Below, in pieces: positions 8,032-18,265 of a DNA stretch of 64,000 nt. The notes beneath the pieces are model-generated. The model was not told the DNA's origin and did no database searches. It saw only the letters and a program-made list of their open reading frames with translations. A program made the translations under genes and the position numbers. Source of the stretch: an uncultured Eubacteriales bacterium (GTDB taxonomy: Bacteria > Bacillota > Clostridia > Oscillospirales > Acutalibacteraceae); the NCBI GenBank assembly GCA_948933715.1, contig CAQZPH010000001.1:10204-74203 (forward strand), given 5' to 3'. Positions within the stretch are counted from its first letter, which is position 1. Every line of letters begins with the position of its first letter.

Positions 8032-10090
8032 GTCTTCTTACCATTCTTGCCCTTGTGGGTGTAAGTGTATTTTCTTGACTACTGGTGTTCCTAATATGGC
8101 TTGAATAATGGCCACTTCTTGCCGAAGTAGTGTCATTAAAACTGTATTTTTCTAAGGTTGTAACTCTTCCTGTGGTGAAGTCTGCTTCATATACTCTATA
8201 TTTTTGAGAATCAAGATTTACAACTATACTCTTAGATTCTCCCGAACCCTTAACTGATAATGAATAATTAGGATGATAAGCAGGAACGATTGTTTTAGAA
8301 TTGCTTGAATCTACTACTCCATTTATATAAACTCTCATACTGACTTCATGATTAACACTTGCTGGTAAATCAACATTTATTTTTACAGTTTTTTCACTTG
8401 CAACCCCAGAACTAACTGTTAAAGTAACGGTACTTCCTTCGTTTATTTCTACTCCAGGTAGCGGATCAATTGACAAAACCGTATCCTTTGGTTTAGAACT
8501 TTCTTCTCTTATGATGTTATCAGATACTTTAAGCCCTTGCCCTACGATTTCTTCTGTTGCTTCAGTTAATGATCTATTTATAACATTTGGTACTGCAACC
8601 TTTTTATCTGCAGGACCCTTGCTTACTAATATTCTAATAATACTGTTAACTACTATTTCTGTTCCTTCTTTTGGGTCTGTACCTTTTACTATGCCCTCTG
8701 CTGTTTCACTGTCTTCTACAGTCAATACTTCATATACAAGACCAACATCTTTAATTTTAGCTTTTGCCTCTTCAAGCGTAGATCCCCTAACAGATGGTAT
8801 CGTTACAAGTGTCCCGGAACTATTTACCTTTAAAGTTACCTTGGAGTTTTCCTTTATTTTCTTAGTCCCCGATCGTGGATCCTGGTCTAAAATTATTCCC
8901 TCAGGTTTATTTGAATCATAAGCCTGTTCTATATTCCAAGTAAACTTGTAGCTATCATTATCAACTATGTCAGACAATTTCATCCCTATAAAATTAGGAA
9001 CATCAACATCCTTACTTCCAAAACCAAACCATCCAGAAATAAGGCCTATCCCCATAACAACAAGAAAAATAACAAGTGCAATTCCTACACCTATTATTAT
9101 ATTAATAGCCCGTGAACGTTTTCCATTTGAGTCCTCGTCCTCATCATAAATATATCCATCTGAATATCCTGACTTATATTTAGAATTTTTTACACTGTTT
9201 ATAGCATCTAGATATTTTGTTGGTGCATCGTCATTAAAGTATTTATACTCAAACCTTATACTTGGATTTTTTCTAAATGCTTCTATAGCTTCTAACATTT
9301 CATCAGTTGACTGATATCTATTTTTAGGATCTTTTTGCATCGCCTTTAATGTAATATCTTCAAGGCCTTCAGGAATATCAGGATTAATCTCCCTTAATTT
9401 TTCAGGTTCCGCTTGCATTTGCATAATAGCTACTGATACAGCATTATCTGCTTCAAACGGAAGTTTCCCTGTTAACATTTCATATAGCATTACACCTACT
9501 GAATATAGGTCTGCTTTTTCGTCTGTTACATCTCCTCTTGCTTGCTCAGGAGAAATATAATGCACTGATCCTATAGCTTTATCAGTCATTGTTCTAGTTT
9601 CCCTATTTGAAAACCTTGCAATTCCAAAGTCTGTAACTTTAATTGTGCCGTCCTTTAAAAGCATTATATTTTGAGGTTTTATATCTCTATGTACTATGCC
9701 TTTGTCGTGCGCATGAGCCAATGCTTTGAGGATCTGAACTGTAAAATGCACTGCATCTCGCCACTTTATAATACCTTGTCTATCAATATACTCTTTTAAT
9801 GTTATTCCATCGATATTTTCCATAACAATGTATTGGATTCTGTCTCCAAAACTAACATCATATACTTTTACAATATTGGGATGAGACAACACTGCTATTG
9901 CCTTAGATTCATTTTTAAATCTTCTAATAAAATCTCTATTACCTAAAAATTCATCTTTTAAAATTTTTATTGCAACTGTTCTGTCGTCTATTATATCATA
10001 GGCACTATAGACTCTTGCCATTCCTCCGCATCCCAGCAACTCGTTTATCTCATAACGACCATCTAATCTTTTGCCGACATACTTATCCAT
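8024..10090 (-). CDS. prkC: Ser/Thr protein kinase with extracellular PASTA repeats
   Basis: The Hanks kinase motifs are GCGGMARVY, VAIK, HRDIKPQN, DFG and SPEQ. One TM segment (IIIGVGIALVIFLVVMGIGLI) is followed by three PASTA-like repeats and a C-terminal Ig-like domain. It overlaps rsgA by 8 nt. Confidence 0.92.
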   Translation of the reverse strand: MDKYVGKRLDGRYEINELLGCGGMARVYSAYDIIDDRTVAIKILKDEFLGNRDFIRRFKNESKAIAVLSHPNIVKVYDVSFGDRIQYIVMENIDGITLKEYIDRQGIIKWRDAVHFTVQILKALAHAHDKGIVHRDIKPQNIMLLKDGTIKVTDFGIARFSNRETRTMTDKAIGSVHYISPEQARGDVTDEKADLYSVGVMLYEMLTGKLPFEADNAVSVAIMQMQAEPEKLREINPDIPEGLEDITLKAMQKDPKNRYQSTDEMLEAIEAFRKNPSIRFEYKYFNDDAPTKYLDAINSVKNSKYKSGYSDGYIYDEDEDSNGKRSRAINIIIGVGIALVIFLVVMGIGLISGWFGFGSKDVDVPNFIGMKLSDIVDNDSYKFTWNIEQAYDSNKPEGIILDQDPRSGTKKIKENSKVTLKVNSSGTLVTIPSVRGSTLEEAKAKIKDVGLVYEVLTVEDSETAEGIVKGTDPKEGTEIVVNSIIRILVSKGPADKKVAVPNVINRSLTEATEEIVGQGLKVSDNIIREESSKPKDTVLSIDPLPGVEINEGSTVTLTVSSGVASEKTVKINVDLPASVNHEVSMRVYINGVVDSSNSKTIVPAYHPNYSLSVKGSGESKSIVVNLDSQKYRVYEADFTTGRVTTLEKYSFNDTTSARSGHYSSHIRNTSSQENTLTPTRARMVRRHG

Positions 10091-10112
10091 CAGTCTTTCC
10101 TCCTATAAACTT

Positions 10113-10844
10113 TCATCTATCGTTAATCACAACTACCGTAATATTATCGCTTCCACCACCATTATTCGCAGAAGATATTAACTTGTCAATAATGTTTTCA
10201 CCCTCATTATGTAAACAACAATTTAAAATAGTCTTTTCATCAAGATAGTTTGTTAATCCATCAGTACACATAAGAACCATACTATTTTCTGTTTTGTCAT
10301 CTATATAATAATCTATATCGACGTTTTTATCAATCCCAAGTGCACGCGTAATTATATTTTTATTAGGGTAATCTTTTGCTTGTTCTACCGTAAGTTTTCC
10401 GTCATCTATCATTTGCTGCACCATTGAATGATCCACAGTAAGTTGCTTAATATTATCATTTGAAACTAAATAGGCTCTGCTATCTCCTACATGCGCAACA
10501 TGAATTTTGTCTTTAAAAATCGCTGTTAACACAACTGTCGTTCCCATTCCTAATAATTCCTTATTTTTTTGCGCCATTTCAAATATTTCATAATTAGCTT
10601 TATAGATTGCTTTTTTTAGCATGTCTTCTACATCGGGTTGCGACATATTTTCATCATAATTTTTTAGTATATAATCTTTAATACAGTCTTTTGCTAGGTT
10701 GCTTGCAATGCCTCCTCCTTTTGCTCCACCCATACCATCACATACTAACGCATACACCATGTCATCGTCTATAATTGTGTAGTCAAAACTATCCTGATTT
10801 GAGTTCCTTTTAAGTCCAATATCACTCTTTCCAAATATATTCAT
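10113..10844 (-). CDS. prpC: PP2C-family Ser/Thr phosphatase (Stp/PrpC)
   Basis: 243 aa with the motifs RNSNQDS, VCDGMGG, GDSRAY and CTDGL. It lies directly upstream of prkC. Confidence 0.9.
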   Translation of the reverse strand: MNIFGKSDIGLKRNSNQDSFDYTIIDDDMVYALVCDGMGGAKGGGIASNLAKDCIKDYILKNYDENMSQPDVEDMLKKAIYKANYEIFEMAQKNKELLGMGTTVVLTAIFKDKIHVAHVGDSRAYLVSNDNIKQLTVDHSMVQQMIDDGKLTVEQAKDYPNKNIITRALGIDKNVDIDYYIDDKTENSMVLMCTDGLTNYLDEKTILNCCLHNEGENIIDKLISSANNGGGSDNITVVVINDR

Positions 10845-10846
10845 AA

Positions 10847-11890
10847 TTAGACCTCCACGTTATTTACATTTCTTCTAAGTTGTCCACATGAAGCATTTAT
10901 ATCTGAACCTAATGTTCTCCTTACTGTAACTGGTATTCCTGCCCGAGAAAGTATCAAACTAAATTTTGAGAGCCGTTCTTTGCTACTTTTTTTGTATCCA
11001 CAATTATCATCTCCAGCATCGTTCACAGGTATTAAATTAACATGGCATAACATGGGTGAAAGTTTTTTAGAAAGTTCCCTTGCACATTCATCACTATCAT
11101 TTACTCCTGATATCATTGCATATTCAAATGAAATTCTTCTATTTGTTTTCTTAATATAAAATTCGCATGCTTTTAAAAGTTCTTCTATATTAAATTTTTT
11201 GTTAATTGGCATTACTTTATTTCTAACAGCATCATTTGAGGCATGCAACGAGATCGACAGCGTAAGCCCAAAGTGTTCATTTGCTAAATCATATATTTTA
11301 TTTACTATACCACAGGTAGAAAGCGAAATATGGCGCATTCCGATATTTAATCCGTCGCCTGATGAAACTAATTTTAAAAATCTTATTACATTTTCATAAT
11401 TATCAAGAGGCTCGCCCATACCCATCAAAACAACATTGCTAATCCTTATATTATTATCAAGCTGGGCTGACTGTATCTGCGCTAACATTTCAGATGGTGT
11501 TAAATTTCTTGAAAATCCACTTTTCCCGGTAGCACAAAACTTGCATCCCATCTTGCATCCAACTTGAGTTGATATACATAAAGTATATCCGTGATTATAT
11601 TTCATCAAAACTGACTCAATCAATTCATTGTGATTTAGCTCAAACAAGTATTTAATAGTTCCATCAAGTTTTGACACTAATTTTCTTTTTATCTCTGCAT
11701 TGGTAATATAATAACAATCTTTTAGCTCTTCCCGCATACCAGCTGGAATATTAGACATATCATCAAAACTTTTAATTCCCTTAATTAACCACAAGTACAC
11801 TTGATTAGCCCTATATAAAGGATATCCCTTCTCTTTAAAATCTTTTAACAGTTCTTCTTTAAACATTGATTTTATATCAATTAAATGCAT
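10847..11890 (-). CDS. rlmN: 23S rRNA (adenine2503-C2)-methyltransferase, radical SAM
   Basis: 347 aa with the radical-SAM CxxxCxxC motif (GCKMGCKFCATG), the MGMGEPL motif and conserved synteny. Confidence 0.92.
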   Translation of the reverse strand: MHLIDIKSMFKEELLKDFKEKGYPLYRANQVYLWLIKGIKSFDDMSNIPAGMREELKDCYYITNAEIKRKLVSKLDGTIKYLFELNHNELIESVLMKYNHGYTLCISTQVGCKMGCKFCATGKSGFSRNLTPSEMLAQIQSAQLDNNIRISNVVLMGMGEPLDNYENVIRFLKLVSSGDGLNIGMRHISLSTCGIVNKIYDLANEHFGLTLSISLHASNDAVRNKVMPINKKFNIEELLKACEFYIKKTNRRISFEYAMISGVNDSDECARELSKKLSPMLCHVNLIPVNDAGDDNCGYKKSSKERLSKFSLILSRAGIPVTVRRTLGSDINASCGQLRRNVNNVEV

Positions 11891-11894
11891 AAAT

Positions 11895-13229
11895 TCACCT
11901 AACTTTTTTAAACGCTGCTATAAAAAATCCATCCGTCCCATGTATGTGAGGCATTAATGTCAGTTGATTTTCTTTATCAAAAGCATTACGTTTTAATTTT
12001 AATCTTTCACAATCTATTGCTTTTGGCTCATACTCATCACTGTGCTCTAATAAAAACTTATCTGCAATATTATTGTTTTCAGACGGATTTAGTGTGCAAG
12101 TAGAGTAAACTAATGTTCCACCAGGTTTTAAAAGTTTTGCAGATTTACATAAGATATCATACTGAACTTCATAAAGCCCACTAATTAGTGATTGCTTTTT
12201 GTCTCTTATCTCTGGTTTTCTACGTATTATCCCAAGCCCTGAACACGGTACATCACATAAAACTTTATCTACTTTATCCAAAGATACACTTGACTGTTGC
12301 GCATCTTTTTTCCCTGCTGTTATTATTGATATGCCTAATCTTTCAGCACCAGATTCTATTAGTTTTACTTTCGTATCATACTTATCAAACGCCATTACCT
12401 TTCCTTTATTTTGCATTAATTCTGCTAAAGTAAATGTTTTCCCTCCAGGTGCTGCGCATACATCCATTACAACCTGACCGGGTTTCGGATCTAAAATTTT
12501 ACAGCAAACCTGTGATGCTACATCTTGCACGTGAAACAAACCTTTTTTAAAACTCTCTAGCCTATCAATTTGACCTGTTAAAGATAATTCTAAAGCATTA
12601 TTTATAATATTGGATTTAGATGTTTTAACGCCTTCACTATTTAACATTTCTTCTAAATCTTCTAAACACGTTTTTAAAGTGTTCACTCGTATATTAACAG
12701 GCGGCCTACCAGAAAAACATTTTAAAACCTCCACTGTATTTTCTTTACCATAAGATTTTAAAAAAAGATCAATTATCCATGTCGGGCATGAATATTCAAC
12801 ACTTAAGCGCTCATACTCTGAATCTGGCAATTTAAACTTTTTGTTGTTTCTTAAAAAAGTTCTAAGCATCCCATTTATAAAACCAGTAGCTTTACTCTTT
12901 TGAGTTACCTTAGCAAGATTAACACATTCATTAACAGCAGCAGATGGTGGTATTTTATCCATATACAAAATCTGATAAAATCCTATTCTTAATATTTCTA
13001 AAACCTCTGGCGACATTTTATTTAAAGATATCTTAGAATACTGCGATATAATATAATTAAGAGTGATTTTTCTTTCTAAAACACCGTAAAAAAGTGCAGT
13101 TAAAAATGAGATATCTTTTTTCGAAAGACCCGATTTCTTTATATATTTATCTATTACTATGTTTGAGTACCCTTTGTTATAATTAACTTTTAAAAGTGCT
13201 TCTAAGGCTAATAACCGTGCACTTTCCAT
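11895..13229 (-). CDS. rsmB: 16S rRNA (cytosine967-C5)-methyltransferase
   Basis: 444 aa. A NusB-like N-terminal domain is followed by the SAM site (DVCAAPGGKT) and catalytic DVPCSG and TCT/TCS motifs. Confidence 0.9.
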   Translation of the reverse strand: MESARLLALEALLKVNYNKGYSNIVIDKYIKKSGLSKKDISFLTALFYGVLERKITLNYIISQYSKISLNKMSPEVLEILRIGFYQILYMDKIPPSAAVNECVNLAKVTQKSKATGFINGMLRTFLRNNKKFKLPDSEYERLSVEYSCPTWIIDLFLKSYGKENTVEVLKCFSGRPPVNIRVNTLKTCLEDLEEMLNSEGVKTSKSNIINNALELSLTGQIDRLESFKKGLFHVQDVASQVCCKILDPKPGQVVMDVCAAPGGKTFTLAELMQNKGKVMAFDKYDTKVKLIESGAERLGISIITAGKKDAQQSSVSLDKVDKVLCDVPCSGLGIIRRKPEIRDKKQSLISGLYEVQYDILCKSAKLLKPGGTLVYSTCTLNPSENNNIADKFLLEHSDEYEPKAIDCERLKLKRNAFDKENQLTLMPHIHGTDGFFIAAFKKVR

Positions 13230-13936
13230 TAATCATTACCTCTTCGGTTTCCCGCTATTAAAATTAATCTTAAAAGAGATAATATAGCTGTAAACGTTGC
13301 TGCAAGGTAAGTCATAGCTGCGGCGCTTAAAACTTTTTTTGCTCCTTCTAGTTCTTCACCATAAAGCGCATCTGTTTGCTCAAGAGTCTCAATGGCCCTT
13401 CTACTTGCATCAAATTCAACTGGTAATGTTATTAACTGAAAAAGAACAGCTAAACTAAATAACGCTATACCTATATTAACAATAAAGTCATATTGAACCG
13501 GCAACATAAGGCCAATAAATATAAAGGGCATTGATAAAGTTGATCCTATATTAGTAACCGGTACCAAAGCTTTTCTTATTTTCATTGGAGAATATCCATT
13601 TGCATGTTGAACAGCATGACCGGCTTCATGAGCTGCTACTCCCACTGCTGCTACTGATTCCGATGAATAAACAGAATCAGATAACCTTATAACATCTGTT
13701 CTCGGATCAAAATGATCATTAAGTTCTCCTCTTATATGTTCTACTGTTACATTTGTAATTCCATGTTGCATTAGCACTTTTGTTGCAGCATCTGCACCAG
13801 TTAGCCCTTTAGTATTTCTAACTTTAGAATATTTAGAAAACGTACTATGAACTTTAAACTGCGCATAAAGAGAAACTATAAGTGCAGGTATCATAAACAA
13901 AAAATAAGTATAATCAAAATAATAAAATCCGTACAT
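13229..13936 (-). CDS. putative neutral zinc metallopeptidase (YugP / Zn_peptidase_2 family), membrane-associated
   Basis: 235 aa with a HEAGHAVQH zinc motif, flanking TM segments and a family-typical N-terminus. Confidence 0.8.
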   Translation of the reverse strand: MYGFYYFDYTYFLFMIPALIVSLYAQFKVHSTFSKYSKVRNTKGLTGADAATKVLMQHGITNVTVEHIRGELNDHFDPRTDVIRLSDSVYSSESVAAVGVAAHEAGHAVQHANGYSPMKIRKALVPVTNIGSTLSMPFIFIGLMLPVQYDFIVNIGIALFSLAVLFQLITLPVEFDASRRAIETLEQTDALYGEELEGAKKVLSAAAMTYLAATFTAILSLLRLILIAGNRRGND

Positions 13937-13948
13937 AAATTTTTCCTC

Positions 13949-14872
13949 CTATTTTAAAACTGTTTTTGGGTCTAATTTATAGCCCCTAAAAAAATCTTCT
14001 GCTTTCATACGTTTTTTTGATTCCATTTGTAGTTCAATAATTTCAATAGAAGTATTGTTTCCACAACACACAATAAATGGATAAATACTTTTTACTTCTC
14101 CGGGAGTTCCTACAATAGGTTTTGATACAGCTGTTTTATATATTTTTAAGGTTTTCCCATCTAAGGTTGTCATGGCTATAGGCCAAGGATTAAGGCCCCT
14201 TACTAAATTGTGTATCTTTTCTGCTTTATCATTCCAGTCAATCTTAGATAAAGATTTATTAAGCATTGGTGCATAAGTTGATAAACTATCATCTTGTTTT
14301 TTTCTTAATATACTTCCCTTTTTTACTTTTTCTATAGTATCCATTAAAAGTTCTGCACCCATTAAACGCAACCTATCATAAAGCTCTTTTGAGGTTTCAT
14401 CTTCATTTATTTGCGTGCTAGCTTGCAAAAGTATATCACCTGTATCAAGACCTTCATCCATATACATAGTAGTTATACCTGTGGTTTTTTCTCCATTTAT
14501 AACAGACCACTGTATAGGAGCTGCCCCTCTGTATTTGGGTAACAAAGAACCATGAACGTTTATGCAACCCATCGGTGGTATTTTTAAAATGTTACCTGGT
14601 AATATTTTACCATAAGCTACTACAATCATCAACTCCGGTTTTAATGATAATATTAATTCGTATGTCTCTTCTGATTTTAAACTATCCGGTTGATACACCG
14701 GTATACCGTGCTTTAAAGCCACTTCCTTAATAGGCGATGCTGTTAAAACATAGCCCCTTCCCCTTTTTTTGTCTGGCTGTGTAAATACCCCAACTATTTC
14801 ATGGTTGGAACTTATTAGCTTTTCAAGGCAAGGCACTGCAAAATCCGGAGTACCCATAAAAATGATTCTCAT
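13949..14872 (-). CDS. fmt: methionyl-tRNA formyltransferase
   Basis: 307 aa. It begins MRIIFMGTPDFAVP and has the HGSLLPKYRGAAPIQ motif. Confidence 0.93.
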   Translation of the reverse strand: MRIIFMGTPDFAVPCLEKLISSNHEIVGVFTQPDKKRGRGYVLTASPIKEVALKHGIPVYQPDSLKSEETYELILSLKPELMIVVAYGKILPGNILKIPPMGCINVHGSLLPKYRGAAPIQWSVINGEKTTGITTMYMDEGLDTGDILLQASTQINEDETSKELYDRLRLMGAELLMDTIEKVKKGSILRKKQDDSLSTYAPMLNKSLSKIDWNDKAEKIHNLVRGLNPWPIAMTTLDGKTLKIYKTAVSKPIVGTPGEVKSIYPFIVCCGNNTSIEIIELQMESKKRMKAEDFFRGYKLDPKTVLK

Positions 14873-14922
14873 GTTATCACCTGTTTAAAATTTTATATAT
14901 TTAAAAATTAGGTTTTATAAAA

Positions 14923-15041
14923 GGCACCTCCTATGCATTAAAAATGCATAGGCCACATCAAAAATCCTATTTATATTTTTAATTTTGTTTCCGTGATGTG
15001 GCCGCGAAGGCAATTCAAAAAATTTCCTTCGCTGAGGTGCC
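14923..15041. other. GC-rich four-way-junction structured element in the def-fmt spacer (function unknown)
   Basis: The outer stem pairs GGCACCTC (14923-30) with GAGGTGCC (15034-41). It encloses three abutting hairpins. The first pairs CTATGCATT with AATGCATAG (14931-51). The second pairs GCCACATCA with TGATGTGGC (14952-15002) around a 33-nt AT loop. The third pairs GCGAAGG with CCTTCGC plus AATT with AATT (15004-32). Junction linkers are 0-1 nt. Confidence 0.6.
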
Positions 15042-15074
15042 CCCCTTTTTACTTTTCTTCACTTAATTTATAAG

Positions 15075-15551
15075 TTACTTTTCTACTTCTAGTTCGGAAC
15101 TATCAAGCATACGTATTACATGCTCTTTAAATAATATTCCGTCAAGATGATCAATCTCATGGCAAAATGCTCTTGCTAATAAAGCTTCTCCCTCATAAAC
15201 ATGTTCCTTACCAAATCTATCTTGTGCCTTAACCTTAACATTCATTGGTCTTCTAGTTATACCATATTCGCCCGGGCAAGATAAACACCCTTCTGCATCT
15301 TCTTGCATTCCCGATGATTCTATAATTTTAGGATTAACTAATTCTATTATCTTATCTTCTTCATATAAAATAACGATCACTCTTTTAAGAACACCTACCT
15401 GAGGTGCTGCTAACCCTACACCATCTTTTAAAGTCATCGTTTCTTTCATATCGTCAATAAGCTGAGCTAACCTATCGTCAAACCTTTCAACAACCCTACA
15501 TTTCTTTGTTAATATCGGATCCCCTTCTAATACTATATTTCTAATTGCCAT
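15075..15551 (-). CDS. def: peptide deformylase
   Basis: 158 aa with the three signature motifs GVGLAAPQ, EGCLS and HEIDH. Confidence 0.93.
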   Translation of the reverse strand: MAIRNIVLEGDPILTKKCRVVERFDDRLAQLIDDMKETMTLKDGVGLAAPQVGVLKRVIVILYEEDKIIELVNPKIIESSGMQEDAEGCLSCPGEYGITRRPMNVKVKAQDRFGKEHVYEGEALLARAFCHEIDHLDGILFKEHVIRMLDSSELEVEK

Positions 15552-15576
15552 AATATATTATCTTACCCTTTCTATT

Positions 15577-18036
15577 TTACAAAATTGCGTCTGGATTTAC
15601 ATCAAAAAATATACCCACACTTGAATATTCTTTATACTTTAAAAATTTAATAAGTAATTCTCTTATAATCATTCTAACACTTTTTTCATCCCTAAACTTT
15701 ACAATTATTTTATACCTATATTTATTATTCACCTTTAAAACCTGCGCCGGTGACGGGCCCAAAACTCTAATAGCAACAGAGGAATACTTAGAATTTACTA
15801 TATCCTTTAAGTCTTTAAAAAAAGACATCGAAGCTTTTAAAACCTTTTGCTCTTTTTCTCCTACAAATCCAATAACAAATATATTAGCAAATGGAGGATA
15901 TAACATAGCCTGTCTTATTTTTATTTCATCATTATAAAATGAATCATAATCCTGCATCGCAGCCAGTTTTATAATTGGATTTTCAGGAGTAAGCGTTTGA
16001 ATTATTGCAGTACCTGCATCTTTAGCTCTCCCAGAACGACCTACAACCTGGGTCAGCAAAGAAAAGGTTCTTTCATAACTTCTAAAGTCTTCACTATAAA
16101 GAGATTGGTCCGCTGATAAAACCCCAACAAGCGTGACACTTGGGAAATTTAGCCCCTTAGCTACCATTTGAGTCCCAAGCATAATATCATACTCACCGTT
16201 TTCAAATTCTTTTAGTTTTTTGTCATACGAAAACTTTGACGTCATGGTATCTGCATCCATACGTAGGACTCTTGCTTTGGGAAACAGTAAATTTAAGTCC
16301 TCTTCTATTTTTTGAGTCCCTTGTCCTACATATTTAAGTTGATGTTCATGGCAATTGGGGCACTCATCAGTTATATCCATTGAAAAGCCACAATAATGGC
16401 ACATAAGTTTTTTATTTGCCAAATGATAAGTTAGTGATATACTGCAGTTTGGGCAAACCACAACCTCTGAACATGTCCTGCAAGAAACAAACGTATTATA
16501 TCCTCGTCTATTAAGCAAGAGTATCGATTGTTTCTTTTTTTCAATGTTTTCAAGAAGTTTAACTTTTAGCTCAGAACTAAAAGCACTAAGATTTCCGGCT
16601 TCTATTTCTTTATTCATATCAACAATTGTAACTTCCGGTAATTTTGCTCCCGAATATCTACTTTTTAAAGAGTCTAAATTATATTTTTTATTCTGCGCTA
16701 AAAAGAAGCTTTCAATAGAAGGTGTGGCAGAAGAAAGCAATAATAAACTTTTATGATAAAAACATCTAAACTTAGCAATATCACGGGCATGAAATCTCGG
16801 TGTTGCATCAGATTTATAGCTATATTCTTGTTCCTCATCCATTATTATAAGGCCTACATTTTCAAATGGCGCAAACACTGCGGAGCGCGTCCCAACTACT
16901 ACACTTACCGTGCCATCTTTTACTTTTTTGTATTCATCAAGGCGTTCCCCTTTAGACAATCCGCTGTGAAAAACCGCTACTTTGCCATGAAATCTCCCTT
17001 TAAAAATAGCAACCATCTGTGGAGTCAGGGCAATTTCTGGAACCATAACTATGACATTTTTCCCATCACTTACAACATCATCTATAACTTTCATAAATAC
17101 TGATGTTTTTCCACTTCCAGTTATTCCATAAAGCAAAGAAACTTTATATTCCCCTGATTTATACTGTTTATATATAGAATCATAAGCCTTACTTTGCTCG
17201 TTTGTTAACACAATCTCATCAGTCGATTGAGTAAAATTAATATCCTTATATGGGTCTCTATATACTTCATTCTCAAAATATACAACTAGTTCTTTTTTAA
17301 CTAAATTGTCTACTACAGTGATTCCAGCTCCAGTAAAATAATTAAGCTCTTTTATAGAAACTCCCCTAGAATGCTCTTTAAGAAAATCACATACTACCTT
17401 TTGCTTTGCAGTTAATTTTATATCTTCTTGTGGAGGGCATTCATTTAGCTTAACCATTTTTACCTTTGCATCACCAATATTGCGCCTTTTAATTTCTTTT
17501 TTCTCAACTATATTTTTCTCTTCTAGGTCTTCTAAAGCTTTTAGTGCAAGGGCTCCAAATTTGTTAATCAAAGTTTCCCGAGAGATGCTACCCTTTTTAC
17601 GCTGAAAATATAAAATTAAATCCTTTTGCACCTGAGTAAAACCTAAAAATAGTGCTTCGTCTATTTTACCACAAAGCCTATACTGTTCATACAGTTTAAA
17701 GTTTAAACCTGTAGGTAACATGAGTTTAACCGCATCAAAAATAGTGCAAAAATATTTTTGCTTAATAAACTCTGCAAGCTTTAGCATTTCATCACTTAAA
17801 AGCGGTGCTTGATCAAGCACCGCAAAAATTGTTTTTATCTTATCAAAATCAGATGTAGCTGCTGTTTGTAAAACAATTCCCTGGCGTTTTTTATTGCCCA
17901 TTCCAAATGGCACTAATACCCTGCATCCTGGTTTTATATCGTCTACCCATTTATCAGGCACAATATAATCATAAAGTTTATCAAGATGAAAAACTATATG
18001 ATCAACTGCTACCTTTACAATAAATTTTTCAGCCAT
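15577..18036 (-). CDS. priA: primosomal protein N' (replication restart helicase)
   Basis: Walker A is GITGSGKT and the DEAD-like box is MDEEQE. The Cys4 zinc-binding region is CRTC..CPNC..C.YCG...CPNC. The likely start is the ATG at 18036 (GGAGA RBS); the track ORF extends 4 codons upstream to a TTG. Confidence 0.9.
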   Translation of the reverse strand: MAEKFIVKVAVDHIVFHLDKLYDYIVPDKWVDDIKPGCRVLVPFGMGNKKRQGIVLQTAATSDFDKIKTIFAVLDQAPLLSDEMLKLAEFIKQKYFCTIFDAVKLMLPTGLNFKLYEQYRLCGKIDEALFLGFTQVQKDLILYFQRKKGSISRETLINKFGALALKALEDLEEKNIVEKKEIKRRNIGDAKVKMVKLNECPPQEDIKLTAKQKVVCDFLKEHSRGVSIKELNYFTGAGITVVDNLVKKELVVYFENEVYRDPYKDINFTQSTDEIVLTNEQSKAYDSIYKQYKSGEYKVSLLYGITGSGKTSVFMKVIDDVVSDGKNVIVMVPEIALTPQMVAIFKGRFHGKVAVFHSGLSKGERLDEYKKVKDGTVSVVVGTRSAVFAPFENVGLIIMDEEQEYSYKSDATPRFHARDIAKFRCFYHKSLLLLSSATPSIESFFLAQNKKYNLDSLKSRYSGAKLPEVTIVDMNKEIEAGNLSAFSSELKVKLLENIEKKKQSILLLNRRGYNTFVSCRTCSEVVVCPNCSISLTYHLANKKLMCHYCGFSMDITDECPNCHEHQLKYVGQGTQKIEEDLNLLFPKARVLRMDADTMTSKFSYDKKLKEFENGEYDIMLGTQMVAKGLNFPSVTLVGVLSADQSLYSEDFRSYERTFSLLTQVVGRSGRAKDAGTAIIQTLTPENPIIKLAAMQDYDSFYNDEIKIRQAMLYPPFANIFVIGFVGEKEQKVLKASMSFFKDLKDIVNSKYSSVAIRVLGPSPAQVLKVNNKYRYKIIVKFRDEKSVRMIIRELLIKFLKYKEYSSVGIFFDVNPDAIL

Positions 18037-18061
18037 ATTGTTCTCCAATTATAAAAAAGTT

Positions 18062-18265
18062 TTAACCCTCAATTGGTGGTTCTATGATTTCATATTTATG
18101 GTCTTTAAAATCTTTGATTGCAAGATTAACGGGTTTTTCAATAATAATTTTCCCTTCTTGTTCTGCTTCGCTTGATATTTCTCTTGCTCTTTTAGCAACC
18201 CCTATAACCAGTGAATATCTACTTTTCTTTCCAGATAACATTTCATCTATTGATGATTTTTGCAT
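18062..18265 (-). CDS. rpoZ: DNA-directed RNA polymerase subunit omega
   Basis: 67 aa. It has the SRYSLVIGVAKRAREI motif and the conserved gmk-rpoZ order. Confidence 0.88.
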   Translation of the reverse strand: MQKSSIDEMLSGKKSRYSLVIGVAKRAREISSEAEQEGKIIIEKPVNLAIKDFKDHKYEIIEPPIEG

